A stretch of DNA of 64,000 nucleotides, taken from contig JBNRSN020000005.1 of assembly GCA_051313645.2 (NCBI GenBank), positions 264,740,001 through 264,804,000 on the forward strand. The letters run 5' to 3'. This DNA comes from Centroscyllium fabricii. Its lineage: Eukaryota. The position numbers were made by a program, and so were the translations under genes. Under the pieces are notes generated by a model that did no database searches, was not told the origin of the DNA, and saw nothing but the letters and a program-made list of their open reading frames with translations. Of this stretch, positions 62,397 through 64,000 are shown one piece after another (positions within the stretch are counted from its first letter, which is position 1; every line of letters starts with the position of its first letter).

Positions 62397-63564
62397 TATT
62401 CTATGTTAAATAAAAATTTAAACTGGATGAGCAATGTTTGTTGCAGAGAAATATTACTAACTGCCTTGGTTATAATTGAGTAGTTATCTTGTTTAATTAT
62501 AGAATATTCTGTTAATTGTAACCCTGAGTTCTGAGCATTCAAGTTATCAATGAAAGCTCCTTACATGTAACTGTACAACATCCATGTTATTACATGTAAC
62601 TACTGGAAAATCCCTACTCTAACGTCTTTACATGCAGTTAATGTTGGAAAGTCCCTACCCGGACTATAAAAACTTGATGTAAGCCAATGGTTTGCCTGGG
62701 TGGCAGTCTAGCAGAAAGTTGTTGAAAGTGTGGCAAGCGACCTGGCAGGTGTACAATAAAGTATCATTTAAACAAAAAATCGTTGAAATTCTATGCTGCA
62801 GATCTGTTCTCACTTTGTCAACTTCTTCAAATTAATCCTAAAACCACATGTTATTATCTTGAGCACTCAGAAGTGAAAGAAAGAACAAACTTGCGTTTAT
62901 ATCGCACTTTTCACAACCTGAGGATGTTCCAAAGTGCTTCACAGCCAATGAATTTCTTTTGAAGCATAGCTACTGTGGTAATGTAGGGAAACGTAGTAGT
63001 CAATTTGTGCACAGCAAGGTCCCACAAATAGTAATAAGACAAATGACCAGATAACCTGTTGATTTTAGGGTGTTGGTTGAGAGATAAATAAACCCCTCTA
63101 CTCTTCTTCAAATAGTGCCATTGGATCTTTTAAGAACCAGCTCATTTATATTATAGGGAGGTTTTATCAACAGGAAGGGAAAATCTAACAGCAGCAGAGA
63201 GAAACACGCCTGAAATGCTTCCCCATTCTCCCACCATTGCCATGTCCTCCCAATATTTTCCATTCCAACGTTTTTTGCCCATCTGTTTTCTCCTCTCCTT
63301 GCCTGAAGACATAGATTCCTTGCTGAGGTACAGTTCTGTGGGGATCAATCACCTTCTGATACCTTATCCAAGTGTTCATTCTTCATGTTTGAGCTTAGAC
63401 AGTTAGCAACAGGCTACTCAACTGGGATGGGCACCATATCCAAGCCTATTCCGATTCTCAGTGATGATCACACAAAGCATTTCCAGCAGGGTCAGTTGAT
63501 TGCAAAAAGAGAGCAGGAACTCTGGCTAGTTTTCAGCTCTCTAACCAAAGGTCTTAAAAGAAAG

Positions 63565-63995
63565 ATTTGCATTTATATGGCGACTTTCCAACCACTGGAC
63601 ATCACAAAGCGCTTAACAGCCAATTTTTGAAGTACTTATTTTTTAGTGTAGTCACTGTTGTAATATAGGAAATGCAGCAGCCAATTTGCGCACAGAAAGC
63701 TCCCACAAACAGCAATGTGATAATGACCATATCATCTGTTTTTTAGTGATGTTGATTGAGGGATAAACTTTGGCCAGGACACTGGGGATAACTCCCCTGC
63801 TCTTCTTCAAAATAGTGCCATGGGATTTTTTACGTCCACCTGAGAGAGCAGACGGAGCTTCAGTTTTAATGTTTCATCTGAAAGACGGCACCTCCGACAG
63901 TGCAGCACTCCCTCAGTACTGCACTGGAGTGTCAGCCTAGACTTTTGTGCTCAAGTCTCTGGAGTGGGACTTGAACCCAGAGCCTTCTGACTCAA
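63565..63995 (-). mobile_element. Deu-domain SINE (SacSINE1-like)
   Basis: Same architecture as 46835-47251; further fragments near 405-570, 14300-14520, 43570-44005, 57170-57480, 62885-63130. Confidence 0.8.
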
Positions 63996-64000
63996 GCCAA

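Overview
Eukaryotic genomic DNA, almost certainly from a shark or other elasmobranch (HE1-type V-SINEs, Deu-domain SINEs, CR1/L2/RTE/Rex-Babar LINEs, Penelope-like elements). It contains the conserved MYOF-CYP26A1-CYP26C1 block. On +: the last four coding exons of myoferlin (10683-28195). On -: a complete 7-exon CYP26A1 (35355-29486, 494 aa) with TATA box, proximal DR5 RARE and a distal RARE pair, plus the last two coding exons of CYP26C1 (55285-49861). Most of the rest is transposon-derived. Main points of interest: (1) two families of Penelope-associated minimal hammerhead-ribozyme-like motifs with a palindromic stem III and an extra core A, several inside fold-back insertions with long TSDs; (2) a phase-consistent candidate alternative two-exon C-terminal tail for MYOF; (3) MYOF and CYP26A1 poly(A) signals face to face only 33 nt apart; (4) an extra perfect DR5 RARE about 1.3 kb upstream of CYP26A1; (5) a recent direct duplication with a flipped 22-bp module bracketing the distal RAREs; (6) a 133-aa Cys-containing repeat-like insertion in CYP26C1. 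Gene and repeat names come from recalled family knowledge, not database searches.
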